A stretch of 64,000 bases of DNA from Oligoflexales bacterium (GCA_947468665.1 CANILH010000003.1:13961-77960), one strand, 5' to 3'; shown: positions 9,333-19,042, counted from the stretch's first letter. Program-made: numbers and translations. Notes: generated by a model from the letters alone, not told the origin.

Positions 9333-10517
9333 TTAATCTCGCGAAATCGACTTCAGGCCTCGGTGTGTAAATGGAGTCATGTCCGTTCCATCAAGAGATT
9401 TGGACGCTGCCTCGGGCTTTAAGAGGACCCGGCCGTTGCAGGAGTCAGCATCTACACATGCCTTCACAGTCTTTCGACCGAACTCCAGAAGATCACGGGG
9501 GTTTACGGTACTGCGCTTGAAGGTGTCAAACCCCTCGCGACTCCCCTCGATTTTTACGTCATACCACCAGTTCAACTCCAGAAGGCGGCGATTTACATCG
9601 ATCAGGAAGATGTTTTTCAAAAATCTGTTTACGAGACGCGGCGCGAAATTGCCGCCGATACCAACCGTAAGTAACTCAGGATCCGCGAGTTTAAAGTCCT
9701 GAACAACGGCCTGCATGACAAGCCCACCCTGGTAACGCCTGCTCGCTGGCGGGGGGATGTCAAGAAACGCCGAAGGATTCGGTTCTGCGATTGCAGGGAA
9801 ATAAGTTGGCTCGGAAACTGAGGCGCGTACGGCGAACATAAGATCCGCGGCTGTTTTCACAAGCCGAATATCGCAAAGACGTCGTTCTTCGGGAACTTTT
9901 TGAAGATATGCGGCACCCGCCTCATTGGTAAAATAGGTACAGGCTTTTCCGAGGCGGTTTCCAGTCGCTATATCAAACACATCGAGCGTATCAAAGTTGA
10001 GTCGTTTTGAATTTGCCGGACGCAAGGTACCAGGAACTGTGTCGCGAACCACCTCGTCATTGGAAGCGATAATCGCAAATGGATGGGCTGTTGGGACGCA
10101 GGTGCCATTATTGGTAATCTTAAGGAGAAACGAGTCCAGGACCCGGATGTCTTTTTCGACGTTGATGCCAGCGAACATCTTAATGATTTTAGCGTTGTCA
10201 TCTTCGCCGAGCAGCGCCGGATTGAAAGTGGTGATCTCTCTTGTCGCTGCTTGTACTGACTGAGCGCTAAGACCATGACAGGCAAAGTATGCCGTTAATA
10301 CGGAACCTGAGCTGCTGCCGGTAAAGATCGTTGTTCCGATTTTTTCGGGGTCAAGTTTCGGATACAGTTGATCTAATACTCCGACATCAAAACTAAGAAG
10401 ACTGCCTTTCATCTCAAATGCCACTAGAATGTCTTGTTTAGCGTCCTGGGCAAAAAGACCCTCAGCCGGTAAAGCTAATACGGCAGCTAAGGCAATAATT
10501 TTAAAGAAATGGCGCAT
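9333..10517 (-). CDS. secreted patatin-like phospholipase (tentative)
   Basis: 394 aa. Signal peptide MRHFFKIIALAAVLALPAEGLFA. Nucleophile-elbow G-x-S-x-G in FTGSSSGSVLTAY, with a preceding Gly-rich region. The family call rests on motif only. Confidence 0.55.
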   Translation of the reverse strand: MRHFFKIIALAAVLALPAEGLFAQDAKQDILVAFEMKGSLLSFDVGVLDQLYPKLDPEKIGTTIFTGSSSGSVLTAYFACHGLSAQSVQAATREITTFNPALLGEDDNAKIIKMFAGINVEKDIRVLDSFLLKITNNGTCVPTAHPFAIIASNDEVVRDTVPGTLRPANSKRLNFDTLDVFDIATGNRLGKACTYFTNEAGAAYLQKVPEERRLCDIRLVKTAADLMFAVRASVSEPTYFPAIAEPNPSAFLDIPPPASRRYQGGLVMQAVVQDFKLADPELLTVGIGGNFAPRLVNRFLKNIFLIDVNRRLLELNWWYDVKIEGSREGFDTFKRSTVNPRDLLEFGRKTVKACVDADSCNGRVLLKPEAASKSLDGTDMTPFTHRGLKSISRD

Positions 10518-10676
10518 GGCAAACCCCCATTATCATTAGAACATCATACACGCATAGTAATTTATGAGAAGATTATAACAATCTATCATGAAGATGTAAA
10601 TATTATTAACAAAATATTATTATAATAAGTTTTAACTCGTTGAAATGAGCGCTGAAATGTATGAGGAAGGAGCCCC

Positions 10677-12317
10677 TCAGTGATGATGCTTATGCGCTGT
10701 CTTCTCGAGGTAGTAGTCGTAATTACCCTCGTAGATCCGCATTTCGCCGTGATCAATCTCGAACACCCGGTTAACGATACTTTTGAGGAAGTAGCGGTCG
10801 TGACTTACGATCATGACCGTTCCCTCAAATTCTTTAAGAGCGTTTAAAAGCGTCTCACGGCTGTCGATATCAAGGTGGTTTGTCGGTTCATCGAGTACCA
10901 GGAAGTTCACAGGAGTGGCGAGGATACAGGCCAGCATAACGCGGCTTTTCTCGCCGCCGGAAAGCATCCTGATTTTCTTCTCGATGTCGTCGCCTGAGAA
11001 CATAAATGTCCCAAGAAGATTCCTGAGATACCCAATTGATGCGGCCGGAAGACGGTTGCTGACTTCATCCCAGACGGTGTTCTCAGGGCTCAGAAGATCA
11101 CAGGAATACTGGGAGAAGTAGCCCATATTTACGCTGGCGCCGAGCGTTGCCTTGCCCGAAGTTTCCTTTACATCGCCCGTAACACATTTCAAAAGAGTAC
11201 TTTTTCCGGCGCCGTTAACACCGGTTATGGCAATTTTGTTCTGTCGCATGACCATTCCGGAAATGCCGCTAAAGACTTTTTTAACGCCACCTTCAGGCAA
11301 CGGGTATTCCTTCGCCACGGACTCGAGTTTTACAACATCGTTGCCGCTCCGTGGAGCGGGCGCAAAGTCAAACGAGAGTTTTTTGGTCTCAGGTGGCATG
11401 TCAAGACGCTCGATCTTGTCGAGTTTTTTGACCCGGGACTGAACCTGGGCGGCATGGGACGCGCGGGCCGCGAATTTCGCGATGAAGTCCTCTTCCTTGG
11501 CGAGCTGATCCTGCTGCCGTTTGAACGCGGCGATCTGCTGCTCGCGGCGGATCTCGCGATCTTTCACGTAAAAGTCATAGTTTCCGCTGTAGGTCGTGAT
11601 TTGCTTATTAGCGATCTCAACCGTACGGCCACAAATCCGGTTCATAAATTCCCGGTCGTGACTTGTCATAACAACCGCGCCCTTAAATCCCTTCAGCCAT
11701 TCCTCGAGCCAAATGATCGCCTCAATATCCAGGTGGTTTGTGGGCTCATCTATCAACAGGACATCTGGATTCAAAAGAAGAATCTGACCGAGAGCGATAC
11801 GCATCTTCCAGCCACCCGAGAAACTCTCGACCGGGTGATTATAGGTGTCCGGGCCGATACCGAGACCAGTTAAAATAGCCTGTGCCCTGGATTCAAGATC
11901 GTAACCACCGCGACTCTGGAATTCCATCTGAAGCTCACCAAAGCGCTCCATGAACTTCATCATCTCATCATCTTCCATGGGCTCCTCGCCAAAGCGACCC
12001 ATGCGTTCTTCCATTTTTGCCAGCTCAAGACCGATTTCTGAGACCTTACCAGCACCTGCCATACACTCCGCCAGCGCGCTGCGGCCGGCCATCTCGCCAA
12101 TATTCTGATCAAAGTAACCGACCAAAACACCGGGATCAACCGTGACGGTCCCGTCATCTAGATGCTCATCCCCCACGATCACTTTAAAGATCGTCGACTT
12201 ACCCGCGCCGTTTGGGCCAACCAGTCCGATTTTATCGCCTTGGCGAACAAGAAAGCTCGCTCCTTGATAAAGAACCCGGTCTCCATAGCGCTTGGTCGCG
12301 TTGCTTACATTGATCAT
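10677..12317 (-). CDS. ABC-F family ATPase (two fused ABC domains, no TM domain)
   Basis: Two Walker A sites (GPNGAGKST, GVNGAGKST), two signature motifs (FSGGWKMR, LSGGEKSR) and two Walker B sites (LLIDEPTNHLD, LVLDEPTNHLD). Start moved to the ATG at 12317, which has AGAGGA 5 nt upstream. Confidence 0.9.
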   Translation of the reverse strand: MINVSNATKRYGDRVLYQGASFLVRQGDKIGLVGPNGAGKSTIFKVIVGDEHLDDGTVTVDPGVLVGYFDQNIGEMAGRSALAECMAGAGKVSEIGLELAKMEERMGRFGEEPMEDDEMMKFMERFGELQMEFQSRGGYDLESRAQAILTGLGIGPDTYNHPVESFSGGWKMRIALGQILLLNPDVLLIDEPTNHLDIEAIIWLEEWLKGFKGAVVMTSHDREFMNRICGRTVEIANKQITTYSGNYDFYVKDREIRREQQIAAFKRQQDQLAKEEDFIAKFAARASHAAQVQSRVKKLDKIERLDMPPETKKLSFDFAPAPRSGNDVVKLESVAKEYPLPEGGVKKVFSGISGMVMRQNKIAITGVNGAGKSTLLKCVTGDVKETSGKATLGASVNMGYFSQYSCDLLSPENTVWDEVSNRLPAASIGYLRNLLGTFMFSGDDIEKKIRMLSGGEKSRVMLACILATPVNFLVLDEPTNHLDIDSRETLLNALKEFEGTVMIVSHDRYFLKSIVNRVFEIDHGEMRIYEGNYDYYLEKTAHKHHH

Positions 12318-12401
12318 GAGCGTCCTCTGTGAACTTGGGGTCAAAACGACCTGAAACTGAATAAAAAGAGGGCTCAATGTACACGAACACCCATGAATTT
12401 C

Positions 12402-12425
12402 AAAGCCCGCTCTACGGCGGGCTAT
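12402..12425 (-). terminator. putative terminator hairpin after the 806-aa gene
   Basis: 7-bp stem agcccgc (12404-10) / gcgggct (12417-23) with loop tctacg. Followed on the minus strand by TTTGAAATT. Lies 40 bp downstream of the stop at 12465. Confidence 0.45.
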
Positions 12426-12464
12426 GAAATATGAAATCTAATTAGTTATTAGATAGTTACAGAA

Positions 12465-14885
12465 TTAGGCCGCGATTGAACTCCGGCTTAACGCCATCTC
12501 AACTTGCCCTGACTGACGACGAATCTGATCCAGGTGCTCGGCCGCGAAAATACGATCATTGATGTCAATCAGGCGGATCGCGCCACTATTGGCGAGGTTT
12601 CTGACCCGCCCTAGAATACGCATTTCAGCCAACCGGTACCGTCCTTCATCAATGCCCGAAACCTGTTCAATATCTTCCATCCAGCTTTGGGAAAGCTCTG
12701 CGGGCGCTTTCGCAAGCAGAAGTTCCCTGATGTGGTCCGGCGAACCGATCAGGAAGGTCAGGAGATCCTCTCGCTCAAGTCCCATGACGATCTCAATCAG
12801 ATGACCATCTTTGATGTAAGGAAGCATCTCAACAGTGACCAATTTCAATTTGATGGCGCGCGACGCCTCAGGATTCGTCGTGACCAGGTCAGCCATAAGC
12901 GCTCGCTGTTCGTTCAGAGACGACTTCTCCAGCAGATCAATAATAATATCGCTTGATCGCAACTGTTCAGTATCGAATTCGGTGCGGGAGAGAACCTTTT
13001 TGTGAAGTGCCTTGGCGACGTTAGCGAGATACTCTTTAGGAATAGCGTTAGCCTTACAGAGCTCTCGCATGAGAGCCACCTTGGATTCTCCCTCGTACAT
13101 ATCAAAGACAGACCGCCGGCGATTATGATCGAGCTGCGTCAGAACAACACTCTGCACATGAGGTTTTTCCTCAGATACGAGTGCGAATATCTGGGTCGCG
13201 TCAAGGTTTTGGAGAAAATCAAATTGCTCAGCCCGCTTACGGGACATCACCCTTATCTCACTTGAGGTGACTTTGGTCTTTAACCCGTTCAGCAGATCAA
13301 GCGTCTGCTCGTCGGTGAACGCGAACGTTGACTTGTAATAAAACTCACTCAGATCATGCAAGTCTCTCTGAAGATTAGGATCATTCATCATGTCAAAAAT
13401 AATCATCGGCCCAAAAAGGTTAACGTACCGCGATGTCTGCTCCACACCTTCTTCCTGAAGCATGCGTGTAAAGGTATCCCGAGCGACTTTAGGGTTATCA
13501 GTGAAAGCCTTTAAAAGATCCTCACGCAAAAACTCAATTTTCATTTTGATTGATAATGATTCTCTTGATGTAGGCACGGACTGAGACTGCTGCGATTGCA
13601 TCGCGCCACCCTGACTCTGATGAGACTCGCCGCCCTGAGACGTCCCGAATCCGGCTGCTGAACCACGGGCATAGTTTCCCGCGGGCATCGCCTCCATCAT
13701 CATGCGGGCATCCTTGGACGCGGACGCGAATTTCATTATCATGGCGACAATGATTCCCGCCAGAACAAGAAATCCGGCAATATATGCCATGTATTCGTTA
13801 TTCTCACCGCCCTGCTTCTTCTCAGACGCGTTGATCTCCGCTGATTTCTCCGAGGAGAGGGCTGAATTGGAAATTGCCTTCTCTGAGGCGGACGACTTCT
13901 CTTTACTCGTCATGTTTGAGTTTTCTTTGGACTCTTTGGACTCGCTGCGCTCAGTAGCGCTCAACTCCTTTGAGTTTTGGCTGCTGCGATCTGTCGAATT
14001 TTGACTTGTGTTGGTAATAATTTCCTTGGTACTCGCGAGGTCACGGAAGATCTGCAACGTTTGGCGCAGGCGATCTAGTCCCCACGGATCCTGCGCTGAT
14101 TTCGAAGCATGGCTCTCGGGGAAATCCACGACCGAAACATTAACATTGATCGGGAACGCGAACCTCGTCTTCGCTTTGATCAGATTATAGATCTTCGAGC
14201 GATTGGCCTCTGGAAGTTTTTCGTCAATACTCAAATCAATATCAATATTTTCAATCCGAAGAATCCCACGACCGCCACGCTCACGGGTCAGCTCGCGCTC
14301 AGGAACTCCGCGAGCCTCATCGGGAGACACTAGTTTGCCATCCACTCCGACGTTTGCCAGTACACATTCCTGAGGACAGTAGCTGTCAATCGTCTGCTGC
14401 ACAGCGGCGTGGATACGCTGCTGGAGATTCATTTTGAGGCGGTCCTCGACCTCAGCCGACACACCGATCTGAGGAAACGCCACCGAGCTCCATCGGACTG
14501 TGGCCGCGGGAGATAAAGTTCTTACGGAGTTTGAAATAAGCCTGCCAAGACGCTCCTGATCCGCGGCTGTGACCCGGTCATCCACCTGGACATCGACTGT
14601 CAATTTCGAAACGCTGGCCTTGATACCGCTATCACCGGCGACACTCTCAAATCCTAATTCCTCGGATTCGCTGGCCGCCTCGCCAACCACAACGTCAACG
14701 TTAATGAGCTCACAGGCGTCCCCGCAATATTTTTGAAGTACAGCGGCAACCTTGTTTTTCGCGAGTTCCGTCGCTTCCTGCTCAACTTTGAACGCCTGCC
14801 CTGACGCGGCATACGCGGTCGTCACCGGCAAGGCGACCAGCGGGAAAGAGATTATCAATGCGCCTAAAAACAAGTTCACGTTCAC
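12465..14885 (-). CDS. bitopic membrane protein: periplasmic FliF/SctJ-like ring-building repeats fused to a cytoplasmic full-length FliG-like region
   Basis: 806 aa. Domain order:
- Signal/TM1: FPLVALPVTTAYA.
- Two tandem alpha-beta-beta-alpha-beta modules (QKYCGDACELINVDVVV...; DSYCPQECVLANVGVDG...).
- S/E/K low-complexity linker.
- TM: YMAYIAGFLVLAGIIVAMIMKF.
- Q/G-rich linker.
- FliG_M-like block: LVSEEKPHVQSVVLTQLDHNRRRSVFDMY.
- FliG_C-like block: VEMLPYIKDGHLIEIVMGLEREDLLTFLIGSP...WMEDIEQVSG...NLANSGAIRL. Confidence 0.6.
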   Translation of the reverse strand: MNVNLFLGALIISFPLVALPVTTAYAASGQAFKVEQEATELAKNKVAAVLQKYCGDACELINVDVVVGEAASESEELGFESVAGDSGIKASVSKLTVDVQVDDRVTAADQERLGRLISNSVRTLSPAATVRWSSVAFPQIGVSAEVEDRLKMNLQQRIHAAVQQTIDSYCPQECVLANVGVDGKLVSPDEARGVPERELTRERGGRGILRIENIDIDLSIDEKLPEANRSKIYNLIKAKTRFAFPINVNVSVVDFPESHASKSAQDPWGLDRLRQTLQIFRDLASTKEIITNTSQNSTDRSSQNSKELSATERSESKESKENSNMTSKEKSSASEKAISNSALSSEKSAEINASEKKQGGENNEYMAYIAGFLVLAGIIVAMIMKFASASKDARMMMEAMPAGNYARGSAAGFGTSQGGESHQSQGGAMQSQQSQSVPTSRESLSIKMKIEFLREDLLKAFTDNPKVARDTFTRMLQEEGVEQTSRYVNLFGPMIIFDMMNDPNLQRDLHDLSEFYYKSTFAFTDEQTLDLLNGLKTKVTSSEIRVMSRKRAEQFDFLQNLDATQIFALVSEEKPHVQSVVLTQLDHNRRRSVFDMYEGESKVALMRELCKANAIPKEYLANVAKALHKKVLSRTEFDTEQLRSSDIIIDLLEKSSLNEQRALMADLVTTNPEASRAIKLKLVTVEMLPYIKDGHLIEIVMGLEREDLLTFLIGSPDHIRELLLAKAPAELSQSWMEDIEQVSGIDEGRYRLAEMRILGRVRNLANSGAIRLIDINDRIFAAEHLDQIRRQSGQVEMALSRSSIAA

Positions 14886-14980
14886 TCCTGATGCTTTTGG
14901 ACATTTAAGGCATCGGAGAGAACGTGGAATACTTAACGGGGCAAAATTTGCCTGGCCGGGATCGGCCTGGATGGCAAAAA

Positions 14981-15979
14981 CTATTTAAGGGAGGTCTCAA
15001 TTTCTTTGGTTAAAGCCTCAACCGTATGGGCGCCCATATAGCGGCGGCCATTGATCAGAAGATAGGGAGTACCGCTTACGCCAACGCGTTCGCCCTCCTG
15101 ACGTCCTTTCTCAACCATGGTTTTGCCTTTTGTGCCATCGAAGCAAGTCTTGAACTTGGACTCATCCAGCTTTAATTCCTTGGCAAGCTTAGCAGGTGAG
15201 TCCTTATCGAGCGTCGCCTGACCATCGAAAGCCTTATAATGGTATTCCCAATATTTGCCCTGCTCTTCGGCGCAGTGACTACCCTCAGCCACAAGTTTAC
15301 TGATTCCGGACGGATTGATCGGGAAATCCAAATATACGAATTTGACCTTGTCTTTGAACTTCTCGGTGACTTTTTTGATGCTTTCCGACGCTACTTTACA
15401 ATGAGGACACTGAAAATCAGCAAACTCAAGGAGAGTTACCTTGGCGCCGTCTTTACCTTTGGATGGAAATCCATCCGCGTTAACAGTAACGATGGGAGAT
15501 TCGGGCTTAGGGAGGCTCAACGTGAATTTTTTGTCTTTTTTGATCTTCTCAATCAGATCATCACGTTTCTTCTTCATCTCTTCTTGTTTTACGATTTTGA
15601 CTATTTCGCCTTTGATCTGATCAAACTGATAGTTGGGCGGAATGCGTGTTTTGTTTGCCTCAAACCAGGTCTTTACTGCTTTATCGGAAGGCTCTTTGAC
15701 ATCAAGAAGTTTCTTCTCGATCTCATCACGGGGCTTATTCTGCTTTTTGGCTTCCTCAGTGACATGAATATCAAAAATCATATTGTCAACGGCCGCACGG
15801 GTTTGCTCATAGCTCTGCATCGAGATCTCAAACATCTGCTGCTGCTGCGCGGGCGTTAAATCTTTCTCGGTATATGACTTGCCACCCATAGTAAATAACC
15901 CATCGGCCAGCGCGGGACCCGCGATCATGAACGCGCTCGTAAGCAAAATTCGAATACTTCTCATGTTGATATCCTCCAA
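14981..15979 (-). CDS. DsbA-family thiol:disulfide oxidoreductase with long Lys/Glu-rich N-terminal region
   Basis: 332 aa. Signal peptide, then thioredoxin-fold active site EFADFQCPHCK. C-terminal GVSGTPYLLINGR is typical of the DsbA/DsbG-like family. Confidence 0.8.
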   Translation of the reverse strand: MEDINMRSIRILLTSAFMIAGPALADGLFTMGGKSYTEKDLTPAQQQQMFEISMQSYEQTRAAVDNMIFDIHVTEEAKKQNKPRDEIEKKLLDVKEPSDKAVKTWFEANKTRIPPNYQFDQIKGEIVKIVKQEEMKKKRDDLIEKIKKDKKFTLSLPKPESPIVTVNADGFPSKGKDGAKVTLLEFADFQCPHCKVASESIKKVTEKFKDKVKFVYLDFPINPSGISKLVAEGSHCAEEQGKYWEYHYKAFDGQATLDKDSPAKLAKELKLDESKFKTCFDGTKGKTMVEKGRQEGERVGVSGTPYLLINGRRYMGAHTVEALTKEIETSLK

Positions 15980-16027
15980 AGCTGTTACCGTTTCAAGGTA
16001 ACTCGCCCGGGAAAACGACGCAACAAA

Positions 16028-17059
16028 TTACAGACTTTGTGTGCCATTTACGGTGGCACTGACCTCAGATGAGGGCGCTACCGCGCCAGCCTTAACGTCG
16101 ACCATGCCAGTGGTTGAGAATTGGACAGGCCGCATCATAAAGTTATCAAACATCTCACGGACAATTTTCCATGCGCCTTCGGCGTCTTTACGAAGATAGA
16201 TCATTTTCCGGCCATCTGACCGAAAACGGCTATCACCGGAGAAATCCTGATTCATCATCGCCAGGGCGTATTTGGGATGAGTCAATACTCTAAGATTGGA
16301 CATTTTGACGGAGATTGTTTTGTAGGAGGCGAATACAGCCCTTTTATAGGACTCATAGGCGCCCTTACTTTTACCGGCGTTGTTAAAATCAGTGGCGTAA
16401 AAACTGATATAACGGGTGACGTCACGACTTGCCCACGCGTCAACCCAGCTAATCGAGGCTTTAGTAGCCCCCTGGACATCCTCGGGACGGTTAACCTCGG
16501 CTGCGTCACGCGCGATGACTACAACTCCATGGTTGGGCTGAAGCCACTGCGTCAAACTGGTAATTTCGGAATTTTGGAACGCCACACAACCCTCAGTCAC
16601 GCGCACGTCCTCAATCTTGCGATCTCCGACACCGTGCAGCCAGATTCCATAACCTGTTTTTCCGGAAACCTGATCCATGGGGTTTGGAAAGTTTAGAGGA
16701 ATCGCAAGAGGACCGTATTTATTTGGAGCTAATTGTTTTGCGGGAATAGTGCCCTGTGTAAAGTAAATACCCTCTGGCGTCTTGTTGTCGCCCTGGCGCT
16801 CCTTGTCACCATCGACTTTTCCTGTAGCGATTTTAAAGGTTCGCAGGACTCGCGCCGTAGAAGCGTCCTCAGGCAATGTACGGAGATCCGCCTTGCTGTG
16901 AGTCTTATCCACAGTAAGCATGATCATTTCCTCAACTTTTTCAGGCGAGGATTCGTTGGCGACCGCAAGCAACGGGCTAGCGATGCCCGATAGCAAGATG
17001 GGAAAGTATAGATATTCAAATCGTGCCTTACGCAACACGTTGTTTAACTCCCAGGACAT
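16028..17059 (-). CDS. L,D-transpeptidase (YkuD domain) with C-terminal NTF2/SnoaL-like domain
   Basis: Catalytic block GYGIWLHGVGD...VRVTEGCVAF (His and Cys of the YkuD motif). C-terminal ISWVDAWASRDVTRYISFYATDF...GAWKIVREMF resembles NTF2-like folds. Confidence 0.85.
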   Translation of the reverse strand: MSWELNNVLRKARFEYLYFPILLSGIASPLLAVANESSPEKVEEMIMLTVDKTHSKADLRTLPEDASTARVLRTFKIATGKVDGDKERQGDNKTPEGIYFTQGTIPAKQLAPNKYGPLAIPLNFPNPMDQVSGKTGYGIWLHGVGDRKIEDVRVTEGCVAFQNSEITSLTQWLQPNHGVVVIARDAAEVNRPEDVQGATKASISWVDAWASRDVTRYISFYATDFNNAGKSKGAYESYKRAVFASYKTISVKMSNLRVLTHPKYALAMMNQDFSGDSRFRSDGRKMIYLRKDAEGAWKIVREMFDNFMMRPVQFSTTGMVDVKAGAVAPSSEVSATVNGTQSL

Positions 17060-17196
17060 GAGATCGCATTAGTCTTAAGGTATCTTTTAATTGTGACGTA
17101 TTTCAATTTTAATAACAAGCGTCTGCTTGTAACTATCGCTGCTAACTACCCGCATTTGCCAAGAAATTGAAGCAAGACTGGGGATATAACCAGATT

Positions 17197-18273
17197 TTAG
17201 TCCTTGAAGGGCTCCAATGCCTTTATAATCTCAGCAAAATCCTCAGGCAATGTAGCCTCAAACTGTGTCCACTGTTTAGTCAAAGGATGACTGAACCCAA
17301 GCACCCAGGCATGAAGCATCTGCCGACCCACACCAGCGATCTTCGCCTCCAGTTCAGCTGGAAACACTCCCCGCCCGACACAAAGGGGTGCTTTGCCGTA
17401 CACCTGATCACCAACGATAGGCGAACCGAGGTCCCGGGCATGGATTCGGATCTGGTGGGTACGCCCCGTATGGAGTTTTAAGCTTACGAGCGAGAGCAAG
17501 CCTTTGTACTGGGACTCCCGCTTAAAAACAGTTCTGGAGAAACGAAAGCCTTGAAGCTCCACATCGCCAGAGACGCCTTCACGTTGCTTGCGATGCTCAT
17601 ATTGAGCAATGTCCATAGACGCAAAGCGAGTCCGTTCTCTCGGATCCCGGTGCAGATAACTATCCCGAACCCAGTCCCCTTCAGGAAAGGGACCATTCAT
17701 CAAGGCGATATACTGCCTAAAATTAGTCTTATCATGAAATTGTTTTGAAAGATCCGCATGCGCCATGTCTGATTTAGCGACGACCATCACGCCGGTCGTG
17801 TCTTTATCCAGACGATGCACGATACCCGGCCTAAGCGAGCTTTCGTCCTCATCATCATCAACAGCGCGGCCTTGTCCGAGCTTCCTACAGTGATGCAGGA
17901 GCCCGTGTACCAAAGTTGGTCCGGTCTCCCCGGCTCCTGGATGCACGGAGACGCCGGCCCGCTTATTCACGACAATGACATGATCATCCTCAAACAAAAT
18001 ATCCAGATCCATCGCGACAGGCTCAAGAAATGTGCGCGCCTGGGGAAGATCCTTGTAGCGGATAACGTCCCCTTCCCGAACCAGTTGCTTAACCTCTCCT
18101 GGCGTCCCGTTAACAAAAACGAGCCCTTGCTCAATCATGTCACGCACTTTGTTCCGCGAGACTCCGGAGAGTGCGCGGCTGAGGACCAGGTCCAAACGAA
18201 GGCGCCCCTCGTCGAGGGGCGCTACCGTGATTTCATGTTCTGTAGATGCCATTATTTTTGTCCAGCTTGCCAC
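17197..18273 (-). CDS. RluA/RluD-family pseudouridine synthase with S4 domain
   Basis: S4-like N-terminus (RLDLVLSRALSGVSRNKVRDMIEQGLVFVNG). Catalytic HRLDKDTTGVMVVAKS and C-terminal HTGRTHQIRIH. Overlaps the upstream gene by 22 bp unless the Met at 18252 is used. Confidence 0.9.
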   Translation of the reverse strand: MASWTKIMASTEHEITVAPLDEGRLRLDLVLSRALSGVSRNKVRDMIEQGLVFVNGTPGEVKQLVREGDVIRYKDLPQARTFLEPVAMDLDILFEDDHVIVVNKRAGVSVHPGAGETGPTLVHGLLHHCRKLGQGRAVDDDEDESSLRPGIVHRLDKDTTGVMVVAKSDMAHADLSKQFHDKTNFRQYIALMNGPFPEGDWVRDSYLHRDPRERTRFASMDIAQYEHRKQREGVSGDVELQGFRFSRTVFKRESQYKGLLSLVSLKLHTGRTHQIRIHARDLGSPIVGDQVYGKAPLCVGRGVFPAELEAKIAGVGRQMLHAWVLGFSHPLTKQWTQFEATLPEDFAEIIKALEPFKD

Positions 18274-18986
18274 GCCTCAAGTCGCGCGGCGTAGGCCGTC
18301 ACTATTCGTTCGAGGTTTGGAACATTGAGATAGCGCAAGTAACTGCGCATAAATCCCTTGACGTAAACCACTTGCGGCAAGGAATCGAACCGGTTGTTCT
18401 CCATTCCGCGAATATACTCAAGCAGTATTTTCGTCCGCTCCTGCATTTCCACCTGGCTGACCCCCGCCAACTCCCTCAGAGCTATTAGGATAGAGCCGTC
18501 AGCGACGTCACCCTCGTCCATCATGACCAAAAATTTATCCTGTAATCCTCGGTCGTTACTTCCGGCAGCCTGGGTTTTGATGATCTTAAGGGTGCTCCGG
18601 CTGGTTTGGATAATCTCGCTGGCAGCGTTCCCGGGAATTGGCTTCCACATATCAGCCTCGGCCGTCCACTCACTGGCCTCTGCCTTACCTGAGGCACCGA
18701 GCAACTTACGGTCGTAGGCCGCCCTTTGAATGTCGTCATTCAATACATTGAAGGCCTGATCAATCTCCGCAATCTGGCGGGATAAATCACCGGCTCCAGT
18801 CATCCCATAGAGGCCATCACGGCCATTGGAGTATAAATTTTTCAGCCGCAGATAAGATTCCCGAATCATAATTCGAGTCGCAGAGGGCTCCACGTTCAGC
18901 ACGTTATAGTGTGTAGAGATCGGAAACGACGGCGATACACCGGAACCGGAAGCCACCGTGTTTATGTCACAATTCTCGATATTCAT
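18252..18986 (-). CDS. J-like domain (no HPD) + RodZ-like helix-turn-helix protein
   Basis: 244 aa. N-terminal HYNVLNVEPSATRIMIRESYLRLKNLY...AFNVLNDDIQRAAYDRKL follows the J-domain pattern, but the HPD tripeptide is replaced (SNGRD). C-terminal LRELAGVSQVEMQERTKILLEYIRGMENNRFDSLPQVVYVKGFMRSYLRYL resembles the RodZ/Xre-type HTH. Confidence 0.55.
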   Translation of the reverse strand: MNIENCDINTVASGSGVSPSFPISTHYNVLNVEPSATRIMIRESYLRLKNLYSNGRDGLYGMTGAGDLSRQIAEIDQAFNVLNDDIQRAAYDRKLLGASGKAEASEWTAEADMWKPIPGNAASEIIQTSRSTLKIIKTQAAGSNDRGLQDKFLVMMDEGDVADGSILIALRELAGVSQVEMQERTKILLEYIRGMENNRFDSLPQVVYVKGFMRSYLRYLNVPNLERIVTAYAARLEAWQAGQK

Positions 18987-19042
18987 GCTTGAAAACCTCC
19001 ATGTCGCTTGTCTTTTGGATCAGAAAGCTAAGTTAAAATACT

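Noticed and set aside
15239-15859. 206-aa ORF antisense to the DsbA-like gene
   Set aside because: It is a product of the Lys/Glu-rich (AAG/GAA) coding bias on the other strand. It has a Phe/Leu-rich nonsense composition and no start context.
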